Source of the DNA: Setoptus koraiensis
Taxonomy: Eukaryota; Animalia; Arthropoda
DNA length: 64,000 nucleotides
Direction: 5' to 3'
Assembly: GCA_048013815.1 (NCBI GenBank)
Contig: CM106585.1
Coordinates: forward strand, 3,658,001-3,722,000
Below are positions 63,348 to 64,000 of this stretch, in pieces. Positions within the stretch are counted from its first letter, which is position 1, and each line of letters opens with the position of its first letter. Both the position numbers and the translations under genes were made by a program. Below the pieces are notes generated by a model. The model searched no databases. It was not told where the DNA came from and saw nothing but the letters and a program-made list of their open reading frames with translations.

Positions 63348-64000
63348 TTAATCTGTGCCAAGTTCAATTTCATTGAATCGCTCAGTCACATCAAAACTCT
63401 TCGGCTCTAATGGCCGAAACCCGGGTAGTGCACCTTTCGGCCAAGGTACTGCTAATCTTGCACCCCGGCAATATTGGATTGTTGTGAGCCAGTGTTTGAC
63501 TCTTGCGCTTCCCCTCAATTTGTTGTCTGTAACATCGTCTCTGACTCCTGCCTTGTAACCACGGTGAGCTAATTTCATAACGGGATAGATTGAGTTTGCC
63601 GCGTAACTATCAATCAATAGGCAAGCTTGCTTAAGATTCACAAACTGTTCAGCCACTTTTGGTTTATCAACATAAATGCGATTTCCTCTCTCTTGGCGAT
63701 AATATTTAGACATCAAATCATCCCCTGAAATAAGTTGCTCCGGTAGATCAACTTGTATAGGGAACACATACTTTTTGGCCACTTTTCGAGCACATTGATC
63801 ATTTTCAACGACATCGAAGCTTTGTTTAAGTGCCTCGTCTGATTGCTCTGCTTGCTCTAGTTTTGTTTCGAGATTTCTATTGCAGGTTCGAACAACCTGA
63901 CCAAATAGCAATGATACGAATTTGGACAATCCATGAGTTGTTCCTTCCTTCTTGGTTCGAGACCAAGAGTCATTAATGAGTATGTCGAAATCCAATAATT
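63348..64000 (-). CDS. 5'-partial uncharacterised protein (frame open to window edge)
   Basis: More than 215 codons without a stop, complex globular-like composition, no family recognised. A decayed partial paralogous block lies ~0.7 kb downstream. Confidence 0.55.
   Translation of the reverse strand, partial: LLDFDILINDSWSRTKKEGTTHGLSKFVSLLFGQVVRTCNRNLETKLEQAEQSDEALKQSFDVVENDQCARKVAKKYVFPIQVDLPEQLISGDDLMSKYYRQERGNRIYVDKPKVAEQFVNLKQACLLIDSYAANSIYPVMKLAHRGYKAGVRDDVTDNKLRGSARVKHWLTTIQYCRGARLAVPWPKGALPGFRPLEPKSFDVTERFNEIELGTD

Noticed and set aside
1-64000. tRNA, rRNA, spliceosomal snRNA or transposase/reverse-transcriptase genes
   Set aside because: No GGTTCGAATCC-type T-loop with cloverleaf, no U1/U2/U5/U6 signatures, and no DDE/RT motifs seen by eye; a covariance-model search would be needed to exclude them fully.

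Overview
Eukaryotic genomic DNA from a compact arthropod genome, most likely a chelicerate mite. The eriophyoid-like assignment is inferred from intron-poor housekeeping genes, N/Q-rich proteins and a shortened Dscam. There are no prokaryotic features, CRISPR arrays, rRNA or recognisable tRNA. 1-24 kb is gene-dense: a 5'-partial low-complexity gene, ECH1 (5 exons), a group III/Cht7 chitinase (two GH18 domains plus CBM14), cytosolic ferritin with a canonical cap-proximal IRE, and intronless Chip/LDB, GrpE, POP4 and cystinosin. 28-59 kb holds one shortened Dscam (sDscam-like) gene that I reconstructed by hand as 12 phase-consistent exons (~2094 aa). It includes 48-nt, 82-nt and 53-nt exons and a 7-nt microexon that the ORF track misses. 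It also has a putative furin-cleavable N-terminal pro-segment, large low-complexity inserts inside its Ig/FNIII domains, and long introns enriched in GGGCCC palindromes. 60-64 kb holds a papain-family protease with a very long pro-region and an orphan ORF with a decayed partial duplicate. Splice models and motif counts were derived by eye and need RNA-seq or computational confirmation.
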